Below, piece after piece: positions 30,401 through 38,316 of a stretch of DNA of 64,000 nucleotides (positions within the stretch are counted from its first letter, which is position 1; each line of letters opens with the position of its first letter). The stretch is taken from contig OZ253558.1 in the NCBI GenBank assembly GCA_965262745.1, forward strand, positions 1,090,567 to 1,154,566, read 5' to 3'. The position numbers were made by a program, and so were the translations under genes. This DNA comes from Chloroflexota bacterium. GTDB lineage: Bacteria; Chloroflexota; UBA11872. The notes beneath the pieces are model-generated. The model worked only from the letters and a program-made list of their open reading frames with translations. It was not told the DNA's origin and made no database searches.

Positions 30401-30538
30401 TAGCAACACCTCCCGCTCGTCCCCGCGCTCCGCCGCCAGCGTTTCGCGTGGGACGTACGTCCAGCCCAGTCTTTCAAGCAGCTCCCGCGCCGGGTTCTCG
30501 GCGTGATGGAGCTCATTGAGCCTGGCGGGAGTGGTCAT
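27449..30538 (-). CDS. hsdR: Type I restriction enzyme R subunit (HsdR)
   Basis: The 1029-aa ORF has helicase motifs (DEAHRTQ, FTGTP) in HsdR-type architecture. It lies in an operon with hsdS and hsdM. Confidence 0.9.
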   Translation of the reverse strand: MTTPARLNELHHAENPARELLERLGWTYVPRETLAAERGDEREVLLKGRLRRALLRLNAWMTESQADWVVADLERSDFSGMARNQRVHEHLIYGMPLGVDTPSGRQSRIARFFDFDHPEGGLNEFVVTTQFRVRRGNERRNQEDDQRVVKPDLVLFVNGVPLVVMEAKSPSLLDVWRTQAVRQLRRYQEAGPEWHGTGAPELFHTNLLCVAHCGAAAAYATLGAPENAYVEWKSVLPYSEAEARQRFGVEPEGQARLIVGLLAPATLLDILRDYVVYEPQAGKLVKKLPRYQQYRAVRAALERLLTGRRPEERGGVVWHTQGSGKSLTMLWLATKLRREPRLHNPTIVVVTDRTQLDRQISGTFQRCGFPAPEQATNARNLRRLLRSGGGRTVMTTIQKFEDALTTPKGRLDVLNPSEQVVVMVDEAHRTQYGLLGARMSKALPNAALIGFTGTPIDKDFGHSTMRRFGSLIDSYTIPQSVADGATVPILYEARLPELHIEGPETLDTLFEEMFGQESEETQARIRRRYANKETVAEAERRIEMIALDIAQHFKAKVQPNGFKAQVVAPSRAAALRYAERLKTFGLSAYPIITTDNNDGPEFAAARDLNQEQITGAFVDPEGEPQILVVVDMLLTGFDAPVEQVLYLDRGLREHGLLQAIARVNRRFAHRPDNVDTEKRHGLVIDYHGVSRDLEAALATFDWPDVQDSMRELEEDPGPAIEAAAVQAESHFKGRDLSNVWDCAALFAPDAASEDAFKADLFERFSADYRQFARLMDRYLPDPGAEPYVQRLARLTAIRAYVRAQFLREDAELDWTDIGAKVKGLIDERIDAKVRSLMQPLSILDQDFEAKIADLPHDEARASLMEHAVRAQINERLAENPAFYEKLSEQLDRIIQELRQRLIDAAEACRRLAELRKQVQSEADIAAQHGLSPVSFAVYELLASPSVDAGEASGSYRTALDEQTTAVARAIERAIQRHSDVIDWQSNLEVQREMRRDIKRELRGTGDFTEERLDELAHQIVDVARQRSGS

Positions 30539-30906
30539 GGGCTCTCCCCGCGGGAGTCCTCCAACATCTTTCGCAGCTGCGGCAGCATGCTTGGGATCGC
30601 ATCTTGAATTATCGACCAGATGATGACGTCACTGATGTGCAAATAGGAGTGCGCCAAGCGATTGCGGACCCCGATGATTGCGCGCCAGGGAATCATGGGA
30701 TATGCCTCACGCGCGTCGGATGGGATATGCGTTGCCGCCTCACCGATCAGTTGGATGTTGCGCAACGTGGCGTCGTGGATGAGACCGTCGGCTGCGAAGG
30801 CGTCCTGATCCAGTCCATCCGTATATGACAGGACTTTCTCGGCGAACTCGATCATGTCCTGAACGTAAAGATTCCAGCGTCGACCTTCTTCATGGGTCTC
30901 ACACAT
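30535..30906 (-). CDS. HepT-like (DUF86) toxin of a HepT/MNT toxin-antitoxin pair
   Basis: The RX4HXY-like motif is present (RNRLAHSY). The start at 30906 overlaps the MNT stop by 8 nt. Confidence 0.65.
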   Translation of the reverse strand: MCETHEEGRRWNLYVQDMIEFAEKVLSYTDGLDQDAFAADGLIHDATLRNIQLIGEAATHIPSDAREAYPMIPWRAIIGVRNRLAHSYLHISDVIIWSIIQDAIPSMLPQLRKMLEDSRGESP

Positions 30907-31216
30907 CCACGGCCTCCCGTTCCACGTGCGGACGCATTTCGGCCCGAACGTCCTCCCGGGTCGCCAGTTCCACCGGTCGTTGCAGCAGGTCTTCCAGGTA
31001 GAACTGGGCTCCGAAGTAGGTCCGCCAGTTCGGAGGAGCGTCGAACCGCACCAGGATGTCAACGTCGCTCCCGTCGGTACCTTCGTCCCGGGCATAGGAG
31101 CCGAACAGGGCGAGATCCGCGACGCCGAATCGCTCCGCCAGCACCGGCCGGTGGGCTCGGAGCATCTCCAGCACTTCCGCTCTGGTCATGGCGTCACTCC
31201 GTCGAGGCGGGCGCAT
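30899..31216 (-). CDS. MNT-type nucleotidyltransferase antitoxin (PF01909-like)
   Basis: The 105-aa ORF has the GS...D.D nucleotidyltransferase motif (LFGSYARDEGTDGSDVDILV). Confidence 0.75.
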   Translation of the reverse strand: MRPPRRSDAMTRAEVLEMLRAHRPVLAERFGVADLALFGSYARDEGTDGSDVDILVRFDAPPNWRTYFGAQFYLEDLLQRPVELATREDVRAEMRPHVEREAVDV

Positions 31217-31370
31217 GCATTACGACTGGCAGCCTGGCATCCTCGTGTTCGCCCCCGCGCTCCGCCGCCAGTGTTTCCCGTGGCACGAAGGTCGAACCCA
31301 GCTTCTCAAGCAGCTCTCGGGCCGGGTTCTCGGCGTGATGGAGCGCGTTGAGCTTCGCGGGCTGGCTCAC
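31194..31370 (-). pseudogene. Duplicated 5' end of hsdR (about 40 codons), open as a 58-codon GTG-initiated ORF ending just before the MNT start
   Basis: The reverse complement translates to VSQPAKLNALHHAENPARELLEKLGSTFVPRETLAAERGG. The authentic HsdR N-terminus is MTTPARLNELHHAENPARELLERLGWTYVPRETLAAERGD. DNA identity to 30400..30538 is about 85%. Confidence 0.7.
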
Positions 31371-31924
31371 GACCTATTCGACCCTGTGGCCTTGCTGATG
31401 GCTCGACTTGCACCGTCCAGCCGACGCATTAGGTGATTCGCCAGCGTCAGAAGCTCAAGTGCAACGTCAGAATCATCCTCGAGCCCGTGCTCATGCGCAC
31501 GCGGATTCCTAATGCCCGTCATCGCCCCGGCATAGATATCCATGTAGCCAAGCTGTTCGTCACGGTCAGAGTTCGACTGAAAATCATTCATACAAAGAGT
31601 GGGTGAATTAACACTAAATGCTTTTCGCATAAGACTCGCACCATCCTGACCCAATATACCCGACTTTTGCTTGACTTCATTGTTCATGCATTTCAAAGCT
31701 TCTTCAACAGCCCGCGCATAGTGACCATCAGCAAACAATTGGCGGCTCACTGAACGAAGCGCCTCGCTTGTCACCACATCGTCGAATCGGTCAAGGACGG
31801 TTCGCTCGTCGGAGTGAGCACGATCCCGCCTTGATAACGTTCTCCCCAAGCCTGCCTCGTCTGCATCCATTTGAACATCGTTGGCTGCCTTGAGCCAGCC
31901 ACGATAACCTCCACGGTTAGCCAA
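31367..31924 (-). CDS. Hypothetical protein embedded in the type I R-M operon (possibly TIGR02391/PF09509-like)
   Basis: This is a 185-aa, lower-GC ORF. Recognisable blocks include ALKCMNNEVKQK and IRNPRAHE...LELLTLANHLMRRL. The family call is from memory only. Confidence 0.35.
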   Translation of the reverse strand: MANRGGYRGWLKAANDVQMDADEAGLGRTLSRRDRAHSDERTVLDRFDDVVTSEALRSVSRQLFADGHYARAVEEALKCMNNEVKQKSGILGQDGASLMRKAFSVNSPTLCMNDFQSNSDRDEQLGYMDIYAGAMTGIRNPRAHEHGLEDDSDVALELLTLANHLMRRLDGASRAISKATGSNRS

Positions 31925-31927
31925 GCG

Positions 31928-32716
31928 TCATTCATCCTTCCGACCGTACAGGTGTCGTGCCATGCTTCGAAAGATTTGGTCAATTTGATCGGCTGTAGCG
32001 CTAGAATCAATATGAATCTGACTGTCAATGTGTACAGATGGGTCAGCAGTCGCTACAGATACCGTAGTAGCCGAATTCAGTAAATCGTTGCCTTGAGGCG
32101 ATGGGTCCGCGCTTGGCTGAACATCATCCGGGATTTGTGATTTCGCACCGTCTGGCATGTTTTCTAGGGCATGGCCGATCGTTATCAGCCGCTCACTTCC
32201 ACTTACCTGTTGGATGATCCCAAGGTAGCGTGCATTTGCCATAACGATATTCCCAGCTTCCGCACGGTATCCATCGGGAACCCCTACCAGACCCAGTTCA
32301 TCTTTCAGCACATCGTCGGCAGGGACTCGCTGGTTCTTTAGCCGGCCGTACAGCTGGTTGAACGGATCGATCCGACCAATCGCATGCTCGAATTCCATCC
32401 GTAGCTTCGCCTGCCGTTCAACCGATTCATCGACGATAGATCTACCCTCTGGTGTGAGTTCCAGGAAATCCGCTTGATAGCCTCCTGATGTAAGGCCATA
32501 GCGTCCTGAACTCGTAACAAGCTCGCGGCTCGGACCGCTTTCCGGGGCACGGCCCAGCCTGTCAAACAGGGTTAGTCGCCGCATCCGGTCTCCCGCGCCT
32601 TCCATGGCGATGGTGCGTGCAATCGATAGCGCGTCCTCAAAGGTGACAGTCGGATAGGTCTTGGATGGACCGCGGCTTCGACGCGGGCTCGATGCGGTGT
32701 CCTTGGAATCTGTCAT
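31928..32716 (-). CDS. Hypothetical protein (262 aa), lower GC, between hsdS and the preceding unknown gene
   Basis: The ORF is clean and packed 4 nt from its neighbours. I recognise no family. Confidence 0.4.
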   Translation of the reverse strand: MTDSKDTASSPRRSRGPSKTYPTVTFEDALSIARTIAMEGAGDRMRRLTLFDRLGRAPESGPSRELVTSSGRYGLTSGGYQADFLELTPEGRSIVDESVERQAKLRMEFEHAIGRIDPFNQLYGRLKNQRVPADDVLKDELGLVGVPDGYRAEAGNIVMANARYLGIIQQVSGSERLITIGHALENMPDGAKSQIPDDVQPSADPSPQGNDLLNSATTVSVATADPSVHIDSQIHIDSSATADQIDQIFRSMARHLYGRKDE

Positions 32717-34011
32717 CGTTCCCCCTCTGTCGCTATCGGAACCCTCAAGGATCCCGTCAACAGTGTGTCCGTCATTGACGCTTTTAGCGATTGTACAGAG
32801 AATCGCTCCTGGAACGTCATTTCAATCGCACCCCTCGCACCGGCTATGATCTCGGCGATAGCCCGCTGCTCGCAAAGCGATGGGAGGGCAACGGTGAGTG
32901 ATCCTACTTGCTCAAGGTTGATATTCGCCTGCGCCAACTCTGAGCGAAGATCATCGACCTGCTTCTGTACCATCTTTCCGCTTAGCATGAGCGCCGTGAA
33001 CTCGGGCGTAGCCCGCTGATTCTTGGCCAATCGAACAATTGCGAGAGCCTGATTAACATTCGCGGGAAGGTGTTCACTCGTAATCAGAGCTGATCGACCG
33101 AGTGCACCAGCAATGCTCAAGAGGATGTCACCGGCTTGTAATATCGATCGCGAAAGCATCTGGTGGGTTTCACCGGTGATAAAGCGCAGTTCTCCACCTG
33201 TCACCAACCCGTCAGCGATGTTCTCGACGCGCAGGAATCGCACACCTGCTGGCACGTACTCGTGGCCCAAGGTGGTTGGCGTCGTTCCCTTGGTGATTCG
33301 CTCACATATCGCCTTCAGCCGCACGACTTGCCAGTCTGCCGGGATGATTCCCAGGCCGGGCACGCTGCGCCATTCGGTATGCCAGCCGGGAACGCCGCGG
33401 GTGAGGAGGTCGTGGAGCAGGGCGTCGCGCAGGCGCTCGGTGGCGCTGATGACCGCCTCGGTGTGTTCGATGGCCTCGTCAATGGCATCCAGCACGGCGG
33501 CGATAGCACACTGTTCCGACAGCGGTGGTAGAAGAATCGGTAGGGAACGCGTTGCATCCAGCGTCAGACCGAATCGCGTGATCCCGTTCGCCACACGAGC
33601 AAACTCTCGGCGTGATGCCTGAGAGCCCAATGCTTCTGCAAGGAATTGACCTTCTACGACCGTCGGCCGCGGTCGCGCCATTCCAAGGTGATAGCCGCAC
33701 AAGACATTAGGCATCGTGTCTGTGACATAAGCGGCGATACCTATTTCGTCAGGGGTTTCGGAGTCTTTTGTGAAGAGCACGTCACCACGCTTCAGGCTCC
33801 AGCGCTTGTGCTCTTTCGCAGTCGCCGTAGCTTCCATGAACGGCATTCCAGGTCCGATGAGTCGATTGTAAAACACGTCCGTATAGTTGCAGAGTTGAAC
33901 TGGTATTTCACTGTCCATTTTCTTCTTGTCTACTCCACTAAAGGCAATAGCTGCCACGTCCCCCAGCTGCACCACTCGCCACCCGTCCGGCAACTCACTC
34001 AGATCGCGCAT
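32713..34011 (-). CDS. hsdS: Type I restriction-modification specificity subunit (HsdS)
   Basis: The ORF has two target-recognition domains separated by conserved helical spacers, and sits between hsdM and hsdR. Confidence 0.8.
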   Translation of the reverse strand: MRDLSELPDGWRVVQLGDVAAIAFSGVDKKKMDSEIPVQLCNYTDVFYNRLIGPGMPFMEATATAKEHKRWSLKRGDVLFTKDSETPDEIGIAAYVTDTMPNVLCGYHLGMARPRPTVVEGQFLAEALGSQASRREFARVANGITRFGLTLDATRSLPILLPPLSEQCAIAAVLDAIDEAIEHTEAVISATERLRDALLHDLLTRGVPGWHTEWRSVPGLGIIPADWQVVRLKAICERITKGTTPTTLGHEYVPAGVRFLRVENIADGLVTGGELRFITGETHQMLSRSILQAGDILLSIAGALGRSALITSEHLPANVNQALAIVRLAKNQRATPEFTALMLSGKMVQKQVDDLRSELAQANINLEQVGSLTVALPSLCEQRAIAEIIAGARGAIEMTFQERFSVQSLKASMTDTLLTGSLRVPIATEGER

Positions 34012-34093
34012 GAGTTCCCGCCAGTGTTCATGGCCAAGCCGCTCACGCCATCGCGCCCATTCGGCTCATCAGGCACGGTCATGACCGGCTGCA

Positions 34094-35623
34094 TTAGCGC
34101 TCATAACCCAGCTCCGCCAGCAGCTTGTCCATCTTCGCCACCGCCTCATCGCGCCGCCGTTCGGCCTCTCGCAGCTGCGCCAGCGCCTCCTCCACGCTGA
34201 GCACCTCTATGGGCTCGCTGGTATCCACGTAGCGGCTGATGTTGAGGTTGAAGTCGTTGGCCTCGATCTCCGCCAGGTCGGCCACGTGGGCGAAGCGCTC
34301 GACATCCTCGAAGCCGCGGTAGGCGGCGACGATCTTTTGGATGTGCTCCCGGTCCAGGAAGTTCTGCGCCTTGCCCTGGCGGAAATAGCCCTCCTGCGCC
34401 GCGTCCACGAACAGCACCTTGCCGCGCCGCTCGCTGGGCTTGGCCTTGTTGAGCACGCAGATGGCCACCGGGATGCTGGCTCCGTAGAAGAGGTTGGGCG
34501 CCAGGCCGATCACGGCCTCGAAAAGGTCGCTTTCGACGATGCCGCGGCGGATCTTGCCCTCGGCGCCACCACGGAACAGCACCCCGTGCGGCATCACCAC
34601 GCCCACCATGCCCGTCATGGTGGTGACGGCCAGCATGTGCAGCAGGAACGCCAGGTCGCCCCTGGTGCGCGGCGGAATCGCGCCATAGCGGTCGAAGCGG
34701 TGATGCGGGTCGTCGGGCGCGAAATCGTGGCCCCAGTTCTTGAGGCTGAACGGGGGATTCGCGATCACCCGGTCGAAGGCCAGCAGGCGGCCGGCGTTGT
34801 CCAGCAGGCGCGGCTCGGCGATCACGTCGCCTTCCTCCAGCCGCGCGGCGGACAGCCCATGCAGCAGCAGGTTGAGCTTGCCGGCGGCCAGCGTGCCTCG
34901 GTTGCGCTCCTGCCCGTGCAGCACCAGGTTGCGCCGGTCGCCCCCCTGCTCCTGCACGAACTGCGCGGTGTAGATGAGCATGCCGCCCGAGCCGGCCGTC
35001 GGGTCGCAGATGCGCATGCCCTCACGCGGCTGCAGCAGCTCGACGATCAGCCGCACCACCGGGCGCGGGGTGTAGAACTCGCCGCCCTTCTTGCCGGCGT
35101 CGTCGGCGAACTGATTGATCAAGTATTCGTAGGCGTCGCCCAGCACGTTGTCCGAGCCGCCGTCCGCGCCGCGCAGGTTCGCGTCGCGCAGGTCAAGCTC
35201 GCTGAAGTGGTTGAGCAGTTGGCGGATGATGCGCTCGCGGTTGGCCGGGCTGCCCAGCCGGGATTCGTCGTTCCAGTTGACGCTGGTCAGCACGCCGTCC
35301 AGCCGCTGCACGTTCTCAATTTCGATGTTGTGCCCGGCCACGTTGAGGGTCTCGCCCAGGTTCATGGACGCCCTCACCAGGGCGGGCCAGCGAGCGGATT
35401 CCGGCACGAAGAACTCGTGCTCGTCGTGGTCCGTCAGTGCCGTCTGGCGCGGCACGCCCGAGGCCACGGCGGCCTCGACCTCTTCGTCGAACCGGTCCGA
35501 CAACCGCTTCAGGAACAGCACCGCAAAGATGTAGTTCTTGTAATCCGCCGCGTCGATCTGCCCGCGCAGGATGTCCGCGGCCTGCCAGAGCTTGGATTGC
35601 AGTTCCTGCTGACTGAGCGGCAT
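34094..35623 (-). CDS. hsdM: Type I restriction-modification N6-adenine DNA methyltransferase (HsdM)
   Basis: There is a SAM-binding motif, the catalytic NPPF motif (ANPPFSLKNW) and an HsdM N-terminal domain. The real start is MPLSQQELQSKLW at 35623, and the longer ORF would run into the tRNA. Confidence 0.9.
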   Translation of the reverse strand: MPLSQQELQSKLWQAADILRGQIDAADYKNYIFAVLFLKRLSDRFDEEVEAAVASGVPRQTALTDHDEHEFFVPESARWPALVRASMNLGETLNVAGHNIEIENVQRLDGVLTSVNWNDESRLGSPANRERIIRQLLNHFSELDLRDANLRGADGGSDNVLGDAYEYLINQFADDAGKKGGEFYTPRPVVRLIVELLQPREGMRICDPTAGSGGMLIYTAQFVQEQGGDRRNLVLHGQERNRGTLAAGKLNLLLHGLSAARLEEGDVIAEPRLLDNAGRLLAFDRVIANPPFSLKNWGHDFAPDDPHHRFDRYGAIPPRTRGDLAFLLHMLAVTTMTGMVGVVMPHGVLFRGGAEGKIRRGIVESDLFEAVIGLAPNLFYGASIPVAICVLNKAKPSERRGKVLFVDAAQEGYFRQGKAQNFLDREHIQKIVAAYRGFEDVERFAHVADLAEIEANDFNLNISRYVDTSEPIEVLSVEEALAQLREAERRRDEAVAKMDKLLAELGYER

Positions 35624-35719
35624 CGGTTCTCCCTGTGGCGCTGTGGGGGCGTAGGTACTGATGGCGCCGACAAGCGAGTCTCGCAGATGCTCACGGCGCG
35701 GCCGCGCGGTGTGAACGGG

Positions 35720-35803
35720 TGCCGAGGGCGGGACTCGAACCCGCACAGCCCGGAGGCCACTAGCCCCTCAAGCTAGCGCGTCTACCAATTCCGCCACCTC
35801 GGC
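35720..35803 (-). tRNA. tRNA-Leu (anticodon GAG), type II with a long variable arm
   Basis: The reverse complement gccgaggtggcggaattggtagacgcgctagcttgaggggctagtggcctccgggctgtgcgggttcgagtcccgccctcggca folds as a cloverleaf by hand. It has a 7-bp acceptor stem, a D-arm, an anticodon loop ttGAGgg, a 15-nt variable arm and a T-arm gcggg/ttcgagt/cccgc. Confidence 0.8.
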
Positions 35804-35902
35804 CGGGCGGTTGATTATAGGCGCGGCCGCGAAGGGTCGTTTGGCCGGGCGCCCCGCGCAGGCGGATGGCGTACGCTGAATGAAACTGAACGCCTGTCGG
35901 TA

Positions 35903-36349
35903 GTGTTTATGTCAAGCACCGCTCACGTTGCATGGCTCCGATTGTCCCCACGCTCCGGCCAGAACCTTGACGTCAGCAGCCTCAGCTTCGTCGCCGACGT
36001 CGGCATCGAGGGCGACCGCCACGCCAAGCCCGACACCCGCAATCAAGTGCTGCTCATGGACACCGAAACCCTCGACGCGCTGGAGCTCGCGCCCGGTGAC
36101 ATTCGCGAGAACGTCGCCACGCGCGGCATCGACCTCGCGTCGCTGCGTGAGGGCGACCGCTTGGGCATCGGCGCGGAGGCCGAGGTGGTGATCTCCCATC
36201 CCTGCGACCCCTGCTCCAAGATGGACGCGTTGCGGCCCGGACTTCAGGAAGAGATACGCGGACGCCGGGGCATGCTCGCCAACGTCAGCGCCAGTGGCGT
36301 GGTCGTTGCTGGAGACCCCATCACCTCCACGTCCGCCGCGGAGGCCTGA
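35903..36349 (+). CDS. MOSC-domain protein
   Basis: The 148-aa ORF contains GDRH and a conserved C-terminal Cys (HPCDPC). Confidence 0.6.
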   Translation: MFMSSTAHVAWLRLSPRSGQNLDVSSLSFVADVGIEGDRHAKPDTRNQVLLMDTETLDALELAPGDIRENVATRGIDLASLREGDRLGIGAEAEVVISHPCDPCSKMDALRPGLQEEIRGRRGMLANVSASGVVVAGDPITSTSAAEA

Positions 36350-36398
36350 CCGCCGCCGCGCATCCCGGCGCCGGAACCCCGCGCCCTCAGGAGGTCGC

Positions 36399-36929
36399 AT
36401 GAATCTCTACATCCTGCGGCACGGCAAGGCTGAACCCCTGGGACCGGCGTATCCCCGCGACGACGAGCGCCCGCTCAGCCCTGGAGGATGGCGGCGAACC
36501 GAACGGTCGGCAAAGGGCATGGCGTCCGCGAACGTCGCCGTCGGCGCGATCATCTCCAGCCCGTTGCTGCGCGCCCGCCAAACCGCCGAGATCGTTCACC
36601 TGGGACTCGGCGTCGCCGCGGAGATCGAATATTCCGACGCCCTTGCCACCGGTGATCTCATGGGCATCCTCTCGGCGGTCCGGTCCCATGAGCGCAGTAA
36701 GGGCGTCATGCTGGTTGGGCACGAGCCAACGCTGAGCCAGCTGATCTCGATCTTGGCGTTCGGCGCGCCGGGCGGGGCGCTCGATCTCAAGCCCGGCGGG
36801 CTGTGCAAGCTCCAGACGTATGCCATCGGGCTGCGGCAATGCGCCATGGTTCGGTGGTTCCTGACGCCCAAACAGCTGGCAGCGCTGGGCCGGCGCTCGC
36901 CTGCGGGCAATCGGGGCGCGGCGGCGTAG
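36399..36929 (+). CDS. sixA: Phosphohistidine phosphatase SixA-like (histidine phosphatase superfamily)
   Basis: It has the RHG motif ([10 protein letters not shown]) and a downstream catalytic His (LVGHEPT). The start is taken at MNLYIL. Confidence 0.65.
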   Translation: MNLYILRHGKAEPLGPAYPRDDERPLSPGGWRRTERSAKGMASANVAVGAIISSPLLRARQTAEIVHLGLGVAAEIEYSDALATGDLMGILSAVRSHERSKGVMLVGHEPTLSQLISILAFGAPGGALDLKPGGLCKLQTYAIGLRQCAMVRWFLTPKQLAALGRRSPAGNRGAAA

Positions 36930-37077
36930 AGCGGCCGAAAAGGTCCCCACGTATGGAGACCTTTGCAAAACCGTCATTTCCGCGAAACCGGGAAGCCAGC
37001 AACAGTGCGTACACATTGGCGGACACTGGTTCATCGACACAGACGCCTCCACCTGGGAGTCAGGCAAAGGTCTCCGT

Positions 37078-38316
37078 ATGAAACGCTGCGCGAGCTCGAC
37101 CCTGGCGTGTGCGCTAGCACGGACCGGACCGCGGGCCTTCGCAGCGGCGGCGGTTGGATCAGCATTGGCCGTCTCCATCGCCTGCGACGGCGGCTCGCCG
37201 TCCGTGATCCGCGTGCCGCTCGAGCGCATCACGATAGCTGCATCGTCGCCGGCGCCGAGCCCTGTAGCTGATCTTCCTGCCGGCCGACCCCGCCCCACTC
37301 CCACGTCTCCGGTGAGCGTGCCCACCCCCACGCCCAGCCCTTCCCCGACGCCGAGCCCAACACCCGCACCCACGGCCACGCCAGCCGCGGCGCCAACGGC
37401 CACGCCATCGCCCACGCCGACACCCAAACCCACGCCGACCCCGACGCCCGCGGCGACGCCAACGCCCACTCCAACGCCGTCCTTTCCCGAGACCCCGCCC
37501 CCGCTCCGCTGGATCGCCTACCAAGCGGACACCGGCCGCAACCTCGAAATCTTCGTCATCGCCAGCGACGGCACCGCCCGCAGGCAGCTCACCTTCAACC
37601 CCGCCGACGACGCGCAGCCCGCGTGGTCGCCCGACGGGACAACCATCGCCTTCGCCAGCAACCGGGACGGGGAATTCCGCATCTGGTTGATGGACGACCT
37701 CGGCCGCAGTATTCGTCCGCTCACCCAGGGTCCGGGCGACTCCCGCCCCGCGTGGTCGGCCGATGGCCGCCAGATCGCCTTCCAGTCTCAGCGCCGAGGC
37801 AGCCCCGACATTTGGATCGTGGATGTCGAGACGGCAACCGAAACGCTGGTGGTTGGCAGCGGCCGCGCCGAGACCTCGCCATCGTTCGCGCCCGACGGCA
37901 GCCGGGTGGCGTATAGCGCCGATCGATTTGGGCAGTACGACGTATTCACGGTGGCCGTTGATGGCACCGACGAACAGCGGTTGACCGACGCCGCCGCCCA
38001 CGACCTCGAGCCGAGCTGGTCGCCGGACGGCGAGCGCGTGGCCTACACCACATTCCGCGACCGCATCCCGTACGTCGCCATCGTCAACGCCGACGGCACG
38101 GGCAAGGCCGTGCTCGCGCTTTCCGAATTCAGATCCACCGTGGGGGATCGGGACCCCGTCTGGACGGCGGACGGCCGCGCGTTGATCTATGTGACGGCTG
38201 ATCCCGACTCGTCTAATCTGGCGCTGATGTGGGCCGATGGTTCGGGCCGGAGCCTCTTCGTGTATCGCTTTGGTGATGACTCAGCACCCTCACCCGGTCC
38301 CGCGGTAGCCCCATGA
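37078..38316 (+). CDS. Secreted TolB-like PD40 beta-propeller protein with a Pro/Thr/Ala-rich linker
   Basis: A signal peptide and a PT linker (nt about 37260-37500) precede repeated PD40 units ([65 protein letters not shown]). Confidence 0.65.
   Translation: MKRCASSTLACALARTGPRAFAAAAVGSALAVSIACDGGSPSVIRVPLERITIAASSPAPSPVADLPAGRPRPTPTSPVSVPTPTPSPSPTPSPTPAPTATPAAAPTATPSPTPTPKPTPTPTPAATPTPTPTPSFPETPPPLRWIAYQADTGRNLEIFVIASDGTARRQLTFNPADDAQPAWSPDGTTIAFASNRDGEFRIWLMDDLGRSIRPLTQGPGDSRPAWSADGRQIAFQSQRRGSPDIWIVDVETATETLVVGSGRAETSPSFAPDGSRVAYSADRFGQYDVFTVAVDGTDEQRLTDAAAHDLEPSWSPDGERVAYTTFRDRIPYVAIVNADGTGKAVLALSEFRSTVGDRDPVWTADGRALIYVTADPDSSNLALMWADGSGRSLFVYRFGDDSAPSPGPAVAP

Noticed and set aside
37260-37500. 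Nucleotide-level tandem repeat (cccacgcc/gacgccaac units), a candidate repeat element
   Set aside because: It lies inside an ORF and encodes a Pro/Thr/Ala-rich linker ([17 protein letters not shown]...). It is coding low-complexity sequence, not a non-coding repeat or CRISPR array. The same applies to 52830-53100.
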